A stretch of DNA of 64,000 nt. Origin: Mobula hypostoma (taxonomy: Eukaryota). Positions 1 to 11,417 of the stretch are shown piece by piece; the stretch's first letter is position 1; each line of letters opens with the position of its first letter. The stretch is from positions 40,550,001 through 40,614,000 of the forward strand of contig NC_086108.1 of NCBI RefSeq assembly GCF_963921235.1, read 5' to 3'. Below the pieces are notes generated by a model. That model was given only the letters and a program-made list of their open reading frames with translations. It had not been told where the DNA came from and ran no database searches. A program made the translations under genes and the position numbers.

Positions 1-539
1 CTGGTTTCAATTATTGTCCACAGATAAAACTTGAAACCTGGGATCAACTTGACTGTTGCCAATGGACAGTGTGCATAAATCACAGAAAAAACAATATGTC
101 TTCCCCTTTGCTGGAGGCTGCAAGAGTTACCACAGGCTAGTTCACAAACCCAGCTTGACTGTAAGAGTTCTCCAAAGGGCTTTCAGTATGTGTTTACACT
201 TTCTTGAGACACACATACAGATAGTTTCTTACATTCTCATACTGATCGAGCAGAAGCCACGTGGCTTTGGCACACTGCTAAGAGGACTAATACTAAGTGT
301 TACAAGTAATGTGAAACCCTCCTCAAGGATTATCATCCAGTAGCACTGGCATCCACAGAGATGAAGTGTTTTGAGAGGCTGGTGATGAAACCCATCAACT
401 CCTGCCTGAGAAGCCAATTGGATCTGCTCCATTTTGCCTACAGCACAACAGGTCCTCAGCAGCTGCCATCTCAGTCGCTACTCACTTCAGTCTGGAACGC
501 CTGGACAGCCAAGGTACATAACATCAGGGTGCTCTTTAT

Positions 540-2454
540 CAATAAACATGAGAAAATCCGCAGATGATAGAAATCCACAGCAACGCACACAAAATGCTGG
601 AGGAACTCAGCAAGCCTAGCAACATCTATGGAAAAGAGTGAACAGTTGACATTTTGGGCCGAGACCCTTCATCAAGACTGCAAAACATAGAAACATCGAA
701 ACATAGAAAACCTACAGCACAATGCAGGCCCTTCGGCCCACAAAGCTGTGCCGAACATATCCTTACCTTAGTTCTAGGTACTTAGAACTACCTAGGCTTA
801 CCCATAGCCCTCTATTTTTCTAAGCTCCATGTATCCATCCAGGAGTATCTTAAAAGACCCTGTTGTTCCGCCTCCACCACTGCCACCGGCAGTCTATTCC
901 ACACACTCACCACTCTCTGCATAAAAAAACTTACCCCTGACATCTCCTCTGTACCTACTTCCAAGCACCTTAAAACTATGCCCTCTCGTGCTAGCCATTT
1001 CAGCCCTGGGAAAAAGCATCTGACTATCCACACAATCAATGCCTCTCATTATCTTCTACACCACTATCAGGTCACCTCTCATCCTCCGTCGCTCCAAGGA
1101 GAAAAGGCCGAGTTCACTCAACCTATTCTCATAAGGCATGCTCCCCAATCCAGGCAACATCCTTGTAAATCTCCTCTGCACGCTTTCTATGGTTTCCACA
1201 TCCTTCCTGTAGTGAGGCGACCAGAACTGAGCACAGTACTCCAAGTGGGGTCAGACCAGGGTCCTCTATAGCTGCAACATTACCTCTCGGCTCTTAAACT
1301 CAATCCCACGATTAATGAAAGCCAATGCACTGTATGCCTTCTTAACCATAGAGTCAACCTGTGTAGCAGCTTTGAGTGTCCTATGGACTCGGACCCCAAG
1401 ATCCCTCTGATCCTCCACACTGCCAAGAAAGAAGAAAGAGGAGCATTCAGAGTAAGAAGGGGAGGGTTGAAAGAAGTACAAGGTGGAAGGTGATAGGTGA
1501 AACTGGGAGAGGGGAAGAGGGTGAAATAAAGAGCTGGGAAGTTGATTGGTGAAAGAGATAAAGGGTTGGAGAAGGGGAAATCTGATAGGAGAGGATAAAG
1601 ACCATGGAAGGAGGAGGAGAACCAAAGAAGGTGATGGGGAGGTAGGAAGAGATAAGGAGAGAGAGGGAACAGGAATAGGGAGTGGTAAATTTGGGGATGA
1701 TTACTGGAAGTTTGAGAAATCAATGTTCATGCCATCAAGAGGATCCTCAGACGGAATATAAGGTGTTGCTCCTCCAACCTGAGCGTGGCTTCATCACGGC
1801 AGTAGAGGAGGCCATTGACTGACATGTTGAAAAGGGAATGGGAAGTAGAATTTAAATGGGTGACTACTGGGAGAACCCGCTCATTCTGGTGGACGGAGAG
1901 TCGGTGCTCAGCTAAGTGGCTGCCCAATCTACATTAGGTGGCACTTGTTCTGCTTGCAAGGGTAAGTACCAGAAGGGAGATCAGTGGGGAGGGATCAGTG
2001 GACAAGGGAGTAGCGTAGGGGGTGATCCCTGCAGAAAGCAGAAAGTGGAGGGGGGTGAGGGTAAGATGGGCTTGGTGGTGGGATCCCACTGGAGATAATG
2101 GAAGTTAAGGAGAATTATGTATTGGATGCGGAGGCTATGCGGGGGGGGGGGGCGGGGTTAGATGAGAACAAAAGGAACACTATCCCTGTTGTGGCAGCGG
2201 GAGGATGGGATGAGGGCAGACGTGCATAAAGTTGAAGAGATGGCAGGTGAGGACAGCGTTGATGCTGGAGGAAGGGAAGCCCTTTAAAGAAGGAGGACAT
2301 CTGAGTAGTTCTGAAATGAAAAGCCTTATCCTGAGAGCAGATGCAGTAGAGATGGAGAGAAGGGGATGGCATTTTCACAAGTGACAGGGTGGGAAGAGGT
2401 ATAGTCCAGGTAGCTGTGAGAATCAGTGGGTTTCTAAAAGATGTATCTCTTTAT
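540..2454 (-). mobile_element. Penelope-like element, 3' part (RT C-terminus, GIY-YIG endonuclease region, terminal repeat), interrupted by a CR1
   Basis: ORF 1727-1927(-) LAEHRLSV..PVVTHLNSTSHS..EATLRLEEQHLIFRL matches the PLE GIY-YIG C-terminal motif; terminus 545-680 has a degenerate hammerhead; flanked by CTCTTTAT at 532-539 and 2455-2462. Confidence 0.85.
684..1428 (-). mobile_element. CR1 LINE 3' fragment nested in the Penelope-like element
   Basis: [31 protein letters not shown] (1056-1244) and QRDLGVRVH; (aaacatag)n tail at 684-706. Confidence 0.92.
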
Positions 2455-3234
2455 CTCTTTATTGACTACAGCTAACATTCGATACCATCGTTCCCTCAAA
2501 ACTAATCAATAAGCTTCAAGGCCTGGGCCTCAACTTCTGTAACTGGATCCTCGATTTCCTTACTTGCAGACCCCAGTCATTTTGGATTGGCAACAACATC
2601 TCCTCAACAATCTTCATCAGCACAAGTTCACCACAAAGCTGTGTGCTTAGCCCCCTGCTCTACTCGCTTTACACTTATGACTATGTGGCTAAACACAGCT
2701 CCAATGCTGTACTCAAGTTTGCTGATGACACCACCGCCACTGGCTGAGTCAAAGATGGTGACAAATCAGCATATAGGAGGGAGATTGAAAATCTGGCAGA
2801 GTGGTGTCACAACAACAATCTCTCACTCAATGTCAAGAAGCTGATTATTGAATTCTGGAGAAGGAAACCAAAGGTCCATGAGCCAGTCTTCATTGGAGAA
2901 TCAGAGATGGAGAGCGTCAGGAACTTTAAATTTTTTGGTGTTATAATTTTGGAGGACCTGTCCTGGGCCCAGCTTGTAAGTGCAATTACGAAAAAAGAAC
3001 ACTTCTTTAGAAGTTTGAAAAGATTTGGCATGACATCTAAAACTTTAACAATCTTCCCATAGATGTGTGGGGGAGAATATACTGACTGTCCGCATCAAGG
3101 CTGGTATGGAAACACCAATGCCCTCGAATGGAAAATGCTACAAAAAGTAGTGGATATGGCCTAGTCCACCATAGGTAAACACCCCCTCACCATTGAGCAC
3201 ATCTACATGGAAGGTTGTCACAGGAAAGCAGCAT

Positions 3235-3370
3235 TCAGTCCTGACGAAGGGTCTCGGCCTGAAACATCGACTGCACCTCTTCCTAGAGATGCTGCCTGGC
3301 CTGCTGCGTTCACCAGCAACTTTTATGTGTGTTGCTTGAATTTCCAGCATCTGCAGAATTCCTGTTGTTT
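3235..3370 (+). mobile_element. 136-bp Penelope-terminus micro-insertion with TSD GCAGCAT
   Basis: GCAGCAT at 3228-3234 and 3371-3377; homologous to 545-680 and 5158-5248; interrupts the Rex1 frame. Confidence 0.9.
3236..3273 (+). ncRNA. Minimal type-I hammerhead ribozyme motif
   Basis: CAGTC-CTGACGA-AGG-gtctcgg-CCT-GAAA-CA-TC-GACTG: stem I CAGTC/GACTG, core CUGANGA, stem II AGG/CCT, GAAA, cleavage triplet AUC (after 3268), no real helix III. Confidence 0.75.
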
Positions 3371-4724
3371 GCAGCATCCTTAATTAGAGACCCTCACAAC
3401 CCAGGTCATACTCTCTTTTCACTGTGGAAGAAGGTACAGGAGACTCAGCGCTCACACCACCAGGTTCAGGAACAATTATTGCCCCTCAACCATCAGGCTC
3501 TTGAAGCAAAGGGGTAACTTCACACCACATCACTTGTCCCATCACTGAAATGTTCACACAATCTATGGACTCACTTTCAAGGACTCCTCATCTCACGTTC
3601 TTCATATTTATTGTTTATTTTTTTTGTATTTGCACAATTTGTTATCTTTTGTACACTGGTTGAATGCTCAAGTTGGTGCAGTCTTCCATTGATTCTATTA
3701 CAGCTATTATTCTATTATGGATTTATTGAGTATGCCCACAAAAAAGTGAAGCTCAAGGTTGTATATGGTGACATATATGTACTTTGATAATAAATTTACT
3801 TTGAACTTTGGCCAACACTAACTTCTTATCTCTTATCCTTACACCTCCCTATAAGGCTTTGCATTCCTTGCAGGGTGGACTGAAATTATCTCTTCTGTTC
3901 TCTCTAAGCATAATGTTGCATTTCATTACTCAATTTAATTCTAGCCCTGCACCTTCAAGTTGTTCATCTCAAATCAATTGAAACCGAATTATAAAATAAC
4001 TTAACACCCATTCTGACATGGTTCATTAATTCTCTGTGCTTCACCAGAGTCCTTCCCATTTTCTGCCAACCATCCCAGCAAGCCATAATTTGCTAATATC
4101 AGTTTACCCTGTACCACTGACAGACTGTTTTTAAGTTTTGTATTAATTGTGCAAAGCAAACATGTTGGAAACCATCACGTAAAGCATCAACAGATCAACA
4201 GCAACAACCACCAGCTCTAGAACAGAGAATGTCAGGGATGCACAAGGAGCAGAAATGGAGTAAAGTGGTGAGAGTTTGGAGGAGTTACAGAGAAGGGAAG
4301 GCCAAGAGCCTGGACAAGATTGAATCAATGTCAAAATTACTTTTGTCTGTAAATGGAAGTTTCACTCTAAATGACAATGCCAGAGGGCCTGCCTAGCTGT
4401 TTTACTTAGTCACTGATTTAGCGTTAATCTTCACCGCTTTTCTTGCCTGTAATAACTCTGCAGAGTCTGACAGCTTCAGGATGGAGCCAATATGAGAAAA
4501 TAATCCATGGAGAGATGTTTAAAATTAGTAGTAAGTTGCATCAATCAGCAATTGGCATCAAGTGGGAAAAGGCATCCTGGCAAAGGAATCGAGAGGCAAC
4601 AGTGGGGAGAGCTCCAGGCATCATGAGCCGCACAATTGATGACTGCATTCTTGCAGTGATATTAACACATCACTACAACCAAAGTCAAGCACAATTGAAC
4701 AATTATTTTTGAAGTACAAAATGT

Positions 4725-5010
4725 GCAGTGACAGGACAAATAGAGCTGCCCCTGCCAACTCCAACAATTTGGATTCAAACCTGAGCTCAGGTGCTGTCTG
4801 CGTGGAGTTTGCATGCTCTGCCTGTGACCACAGGTGTTTCTTACCACATCTAAATACTTATGGGTTGGTAGGTTAATTAGCTACTGTTAGATGCTGCAGG
4901 AGAGTAGGTGGATGGTAAAATCTAGGGACATGGGGAGAATAAAATGAGATTGGTGTAAATGAGTGTTTAATGGCTGACTTGAAAAGCTGATTGCACACTG
5001 CATGGATCTA
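4725..5010 (+). mobile_element. Old V-SINE (HE1-like) copy
   Basis: B-box-like ggattcaaacc followed by V-domain-like gcgtggagtttgcatgctctgcctgtg and ggtaggttaattag. Confidence 0.6.
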
Positions 5011-5157
5011 TGACATCAACTTTGAATTTACTTTTCACTTTATTTTACATGGCCTTGCCTATTCATTCTCCGAGCACACTTGTGTCAATGTCATATGCAA
5101 TGCTGACCTCCAGAGGGCACTGGAGTGAAAAAACTTAGCCAAAGACATAAGTCACTA

Positions 5158-5248
5158 CAACACACATCAAAGTTGCTGGTGAACGCAGCAGGCCAGGCAG
5201 CATCTCTAGGAAGAGGTACAGTCGACGTTTCAGGCCGAGACCCTTCGT
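5158..5248 (-). mobile_element. 91-bp Penelope-terminus micro-insertion, truncated inside the hammerhead core
   Basis: TSD CATAAGTCACTA (5146-5157) / CATAAATCACTA (5249-5260); minus strand reads (tg)acgaagggtctcggcctgaaacgtcgactg...gatgtgtgttg. Confidence 0.88.
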
Positions 5249-5296
5249 CATAAATCACTATTACTTACAAAAGGGGACATTTGAAACATTGAGCCC

Positions 5297-5590
5297 CATG
5301 GTAGTGCAGCAGTTAGCACAATGCTATTACAGTTCGAAGCATCAGAGTTCAGAGTTCAATTCCGCCACCCTCTGTAGCCAAGTTTAAACGTTCCTTCCAG
5401 TGTGCACATGGATTTCTTCTGGTTGCTTCAGTTTCCTCCCTCAGTCTAAAGACATATGTACCGGTCAGTAGATTAATTGGTCATTGAAAATTTTCCCGTG
5501 ATTAGGCTGGGGTGAAATTGGTGGGTTGCTAAGTGGTGCGGCTCGAAAGGCTGGAAGGGCCTGTTCTGCACTGAATCTCTATATAAATAT
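5297..5590 (+). mobile_element. tRNA-derived V-SINE with CR1-like 3' tail
   Basis: A-box-like tggtagtgcagcagtt, B-box gagttcaattcc, cagtttcctccctcagtctaaagac core, tail gaagggcctgttctgcactg. Confidence 0.7.
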
Positions 5591-5659
5591 AATTTGAGGG
5601 TGGAGAGAGATTGAGGGAGTGACAACTAACGAGAAAACCTAAACACCAGAAGTACCTGA

Positions 5660-7047
5660 AGTCGGTGGTGGGAAAGATGCTGGAGTCAATTATAAAAAAT
5701 GAAATTACGACACATCTGGATAGCAGTAACAGGATTGGTTCGACTCAGCATGGATTTACGAAGGGGAAATCGTGCTTGACTAACCTTCTGGAATTTTTTG
5801 AGGGTGTAACTATGAAAATGGACAAGGGAGAGCCAGTGGATGTAGTGTACTTGGACTTTCAGAAAGCCTTTGATAAAGTCCCACATAGGAGATTAGTGGG
5901 CAAAATTAGGGCACATGGTATTGGGGGCAGAGTACTGACATGGATGGAAAATTGGCTGGCTGACAGAAAACAAAGAGTAGCGATTAACGGGTCCCTTTCG
6001 GAATGGCAGGCGGTGATCAGTGGGGCACCACAGGGTTCAGTGCCGGGACCGCAGCTGTTTACAATATATATTAATGATTCAGATGAGGGAAGTAAAAGTA
6101 ACATTAGCAAATTTGCCGATGACACAAAGCTGGGTGGCAGTGTGAAATGTGAGGAGGATGTTATGAGAATGCAGGGTGACTTGGACAGGCTGGGTGAGTG
6201 GGCAGATGCATGGCAGATGCAGTTTAATGTGGAGAAATGTGAGGTCATCCACTTTGGTGGTAAGAATGGGAAGGCAGATTATTATCTAAATGGAGTCAAG
6301 TTAGGAAAAGGGGAAGCACAACAAGATCTAGGTGTTCTTGTACATCAGTCACTGAAAGCAAGCATGCAAGTACAGCAGGCAGTGAAGAAAGCTAATGGCA
6401 TGCTGGCCTTCATAACAAGGGGAATTGAGTAGAAGAGCAAAGAGGTCCTTCTGCAGCTGTACAGGGCCCTGGTGAGACCACACCTGGAGTACCGTGTGCA
6501 GTTTTGGTCTCCAAATTTGAGGAAGGTCATTCTAGCTATTGAGGGAGTGCAGCGTAGGTTCACGAGGTTAATTCCCAGGATGGCAGGATTGTCATATGTT
6601 GAAAGAGTGGAGCGACTGGGCTTGTATACTCTGGAATTTAGAAGGCTGAGAGGGGATCTTATTGAAACATATAAGATTATTAAGGGATTGGACACGCTGG
6701 AGGCAGGAAGCATGTTCCCGCTGATGGGCGAGTCCAGAACCAGAAGCTACAGTTTAAGAATAAGGGGTAAGCCATTTAGAACGGAGTTGAGGAAAAACTT
6801 TTTCACCCAGAGAGTGGTGGATATATGGAATGCTCTGCCCCAGAAGGCTGTGGAGGCCAAGTCTCTGGATGCTTTCAAGAAAGAGATGGATAGAGCTCTT
6901 AAAGATAGCGGAATCAAAGGTTATGAGGATGAGGCAGGAACTGGATACTGATTGTGGATGATCAGCCATGATCACAGTGAATGGTGGTGCTGGCTCGAAG
7001 GACTGAATGGCCTACTCCTGCACCTATTGTCTATTGTCTATTGTCTA
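5660..7047 (+). mobile_element. Young CR1 LINE, 5'-truncated (RT domain to 3' tail); one premature stop at 6430
   Basis: QHGF..KSCLTNL, YLDFQKAFDKVPH, PQGSV, KFADDTK; ORF continues in frame to 6951; tail (CTATTGT)n. Confidence 0.97.
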
Positions 7048-7204
7048 CCTTGAACATTAGGCCAACAGAGCTTTGTCTGAGTGTGCAGGAGTAATGCTCA
7101 CTTTAAAATAGGCAAATAATCATGGGTTTCCTGACGTCTGGAAATTCTTCAACACTGAAGTCAGTTGTGGAGATGCTTAGAGATCAAAACATCTGATATG
7201 AATA

Positions 7205-9526
7205 GGGAATAAGATAGGGCAAGTGACGTAGGTATGTGTTGGGGAGCACTTCAGGTCCGGTCATCATTATACCATTAGTTTCAATATAATTATGGAGAAG
7301 GATAGGACTGGACCCAGGGTTGAGATTTTTGATTGGAGAAAGGCTAACTTTGAGGAGATGCAAAAGGATTTCGAAGGAGTGGATTGGGACAATTTGTTTT
7401 ATGGGAAGGATGTAATGGAGAAATGGAGGTCATTTAAAGGTGACATTTTGAGGGTACAGGATCTTTATGTTCCTGTTAGGTTGAAAGGAAAGGTTAAAAG
7501 TTTGAGAGAGCCATGGTCTTCCAGGGATATAGGAAACTTGGTTCGGAAAAAGAGAGGGATCTACAATAAATATAGGCAGCTTGGAGTTAATGAGGTGCTC
7601 AGGGAATATAAAGAATGTAAAAAGAATCTTAAGAAAGAAATTAGAAAAGCTAAAAGAAGATAGGAGGCTGCTTTGGCAAATAAGGTGAAAATAAATTCAA
7701 AGGGTTTCTACAGTTATATTGATAGCAAAAGGATAGTGAGGGATAAAATTGGTCCCTTAGAGAATCAGAGTGGACGGCTATGTGCGGAGCCAAAAGAAAT
7801 GGGGGAGATTTCGAACAATTTCTTTTCTTCGGTATTCACTAAGGAGAAGGATATTGAATTGTGTCAGGTAAGGGAAACAAGAAGGGTAGTTACGGAAAGT
7901 ATGATGATTAAAGAAGAGGAAGTACTGGTGCTTTTAAGGGATATAGAAGTGGATAAATCTCCGGGTCCGGACAAGATATTCTCTAGGACCTTGAGGGAAG
8001 TTAGTGTGGAAATAGCAGGGGCTCTGACAGAAATATTTCAAATGTCATTAGAAACAGGGATGGTGCCGGAGGATTGGCGTATTGCTCATGTTGTTCCATT
8101 GTTTAAAAAGGGTTCTAAGAGTAAACTTAGTAATTATCGGCCTGTGAGTTTGACGTCAGTGGTGGGTAAATTGATGGAAAGTATTCTTAGAGATGGTATA
8201 TATAATTAACTGGATAGACAGGGTCTGATTAGGAACAGTCAACATGGATTTGTGCGTGGAAGGTCATGTTTGACAAATCTTATTGAATTTTTTGATGAGG
8301 TTACTAGGAAAGTTGACGAGGGTAAAGCGGTGGATGTTGTCTATATGGACTTCAGTAAGGCCTTTGACAAGGTTCCACACGGAAGGTTAGTTAGGAAGAT
8401 TCAATCGTTAGGCATTAATATCGAAGTAGTAAAATGGATTCGGCAATGGCTGGATGGGAGACGCCAGAGAGTAGTGGTGGATAACTGTGTGCCAGATTGG
8501 AGGACGGTGTGTAGCGGTGTGCCTCAGGGATCTGTACTGGGTCCAATGTTGTTTGTCATATATATTAATGATCCGGATGATGGAGTGGTAAATTGGATTA
8601 GTAAGTATGCAGATGATACTAAGATAGCTGGCATTGTGGATAATGAAGTAGGTTTTCAAAGCTTGCAGAGAGATTTAGACCAGTTAGAAGAATGGGCTGA
8701 AAGATGGCAGATGGAGTTTAATGCTGAGAACTGTGAGGTGCTACATTTTGGTAGGACTAATCAAAATAGGACATACATGGTAAATGGTAGGGCATTGAAG
8801 AATGCTGTAGAACAGAGGGATCTAGGAATAATGGTGCATAGTTCCCTGAAGGTGGAATCTCATGTGGATAGGGTGGTGAAGAAAGCTTTTTGTATGCTGG
8901 CCTTTATTAATCAGAGCATTGAGTATAGGAGTTGGGATGTAATGTTGAAATTGTAGAAGGCATTGGTAAGGCCAAATTTGGAGTATTGTGTACAGTTCTG
9001 GTCACCGAATTATAGGAAAGATGTCAATAAAATTGAGAGAGTACAGAGGAGATTTACTAAAATATTGTCTGGGTTTCATCTCCTAAGTTACAGAGAAAGG
9101 TTGAACAAATTAGGTCTTTATTCTTTGGAGCGTAGAAGGTTGCGGGGGGACTTGACAGAGATGTTTAAAATTATGAGGGGGATTGATAGAGTTGACGTGG
9201 ATAGGCTTTTTCCATTGAGAATGGGGGAGATTCAAACAAGAGGACATGAGTTGAGAGTTAAAGGGCAAAAGTTTAGGGGTAACATGAGGGGGAACTTCTT
9301 TACTCAGAGAGTGGTAGCTGTGTGGATCGAGCTTCCAGCAGAAGTGGTTGAGGCAGGTTCGATGTTGTCTTTTAAAGTTAAATTGGATAGATATATGGAC
9401 AGGAAAGGAATGGAGGGTTATGGGCTGAGTGCAGGTCGGTGGGAGTAGCTGAGAGTAAGAGTTTGGCATGGACTAGAAGGGCCGAGATGGCCTGTTTCCG
9501 TGCTGTAATTGTTATATGGTTATATG
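7205..9526 (+). mobile_element. CR1 LINE, second subfamily, 5'-truncated ORF2 (end of APE, full RT); three in-frame stops, no frameshift
   Basis: ORFs 7292-9448 all in one frame: KSPGPD, NYRPVSLTSV, DFSKAFDKVPH, KYADDTK; tail (GTTATATG)2; probable TSD ATATGAATA 7196-7204 / 9522-9530. Confidence 0.97.
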
Positions 9527-11417
9527 AATACCTCAGAGGCTTATTTCTGTTCTGTAATTGGACCAGGGATGAGGGCGCAAATCGGGAGAAGACACATAGT
9601 GAAAAGTTGGTGAAGTGGGGTGGTGATTACAGGTGACCAAAAGAGAGGGTAATGATCGCAGAGGGTCATGTTCACAGGAGGCACCATCTGTCCAATAGAG
9701 TCCACAAAGACTCAGTTCCCTTGTATTAGAAGACCAGGCACAGTGGTGCAGAAAGCTGGGATCACCAGTTTGGATGATTTGGAGAATATCTGCTCTCTAC
9801 ATAATTTGCTAGCTGCTCATTAGCAGGATTGGTGGAGGTGCTCTCTGTCCTCAGTCTTCATTTTCAGCTCACTCTGGGCACAACCAAAGCCTGATCTTCC
9901 AGTCAGCTCACGTACTTGCAAAGAATGAGTTTGTATGACCATGAATCTATGGATACTGGGACCCACATCTGTAGCTGTTTTTCCACAGCTACATATACCA
10001 TCCCTGTTGCCAAATAAATTTCCGTGAGGAGCACTGAACAGCCCACACTGAAGTTTCAGACAGATAAGCTTCAGATTCCCTGGGAGGTGACACAGTGCTT
10101 TCTCCTTGTGCTGGTACACCACTCCTCTTGTGCTTGTGGCAATGAGACACGTTATCAAACAAAGCGGGAAGTATGTGTGAGAAGCATTTCAAGTGTCTAA
10201 AGTGCTTGAAGGCCTCCTCCAGCTAGAGTGTCTATAATAACCAAGATGACGCATAGGACAGTGCAGAAATCTCAGAGGACAAACCTCTTGCTATTCTTCC
10301 ACCAGTGAGGTTTCCAATCAAAACGAGGAGAAGGTAAAGGGCATCACCACCGAGCCAAATACAGACTAAATCAGCTGGCAAGCATGTTCTTGAAGCCTCA
10401 AAGTTTCAGTAAGGCAGTTCACAAAACTGAATTTTGACCTGCCCCCATTGCACCTTCACTGACGTTAGGTTGCCAACAATCACAATTCATCACTGCATGT
10501 GCAAGAACTGGCTTCGTTCCATTTATGTCCTTTTCAGTTATGATTAAACAGTAAAAAAAAGCGTCAGTTGTCAAGAACGGTGAATATAAATTAAAACATT
10601 TTCTGTGATTTAATAACTAAATGAAACTTTCTAACAACAAAGAAGCATGCTTTTCTTCAGTAGGCTATGCGGCCCTTTCAGAACATAAACACAAGAGATT
10701 CTGCAGATGGCCTGGCAGAACATCCCAAGTGCATCCCTTGTTGTAATGTAGGAAATACATCAGACTATTTCAGCATAGTAATCTCCTAAACATTACTGTG
10801 AGAATGACTCATGGGCTTGTGATTATCAGAGACAGTCTCCCCTGCTCTCTTAGTCATTTTTCAGGCTACAAGCTGATGATAGCATTATAGGTTTCCTATT
10901 CCAAATAGCTCCAGGGGAGGTGATGGTGAGCCACTTTCTGAAATGCTGGTCTTGATTAAGCTTAAACTAAGACAGTAAAGGAGCCAGCACTACAGGCAGA
11001 CCCCTGAGGGTACGGTCCTGGGACAATGAACTTGCAGGGCAGTCACCCAACAGCGAACTCAAACAGGGTTCTAACAGGCACTGAGCCGGACTGCACACAA
11101 GCGAAGGAGCTGCTCGATGGAGACATTTTATAAATACACACGTGGCAGAAGTGTACATGTAGACATGTTCATTGACATGCGGCAGTGTAGAGGTTGCACA
11201 TGAATAGACACCAGGGACTGGGCCACTGATTCTGCAGGACAGGAAAACCACAACTCAACACTGGGCCCCGAGGGGCGCCAGTGCGCATGCGTATGGATTA
11301 GACGTGTTTGGTCAGTGTTCCTCTCCAAGGCCTCAATAAAATTACTATTATACCGTGCTTTATTCATTCATAGGCCAACAGTGCATGTCTAAACTAAGTG
11401 TCCGGAAAAGTTTGACA

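Larger units (their letters stand above)
321..3810 (+). mobile_element. Rex1/Babar-clade LINE, 5'-truncated and decayed, split by nested insertions (LINE parts ~321-539, 2455-3234, 3371-3810)
   Basis: MKCFERLV motif at 361; RT pieces (ctctttattgactacagc, [10 protein letters not shown], tttgctgatgac = FADD); 3' tail aataaatttactttgaactttg ending 3810; the sequence reads continuously across the inserts. Confidence 0.85.

Noticed and set aside
5297..5370. tRNA gene
   Set aside because: A/B-box-like head runs into a V-SINE body and CR1-like tail; no cloverleaf.
5859..6713. Long minus-strand ORFs opposite CR1/Rex1 RT (also 9110-9469, 21692-22042, 42613-42972)
   Set aside because: Antisense shadows of RT frames with no independent protein signature.
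5653..7055. TSD for the first CR1 (tacctgaa / taccttgaa)
   Set aside because: Needs an indel and overlaps element-like sequence; too ambiguous to claim.
9820..10158. ORF containing STRGVVYQ, resembling a GIY-YIG start
   Set aside because: No downstream YIG/YVG or other Penelope motifs; cannot be supported.
11150..11185. Full p53 response element
   Set aside because: Only one perfect half-site; neighbouring CATG cores have wrong spacing or three mismatches.
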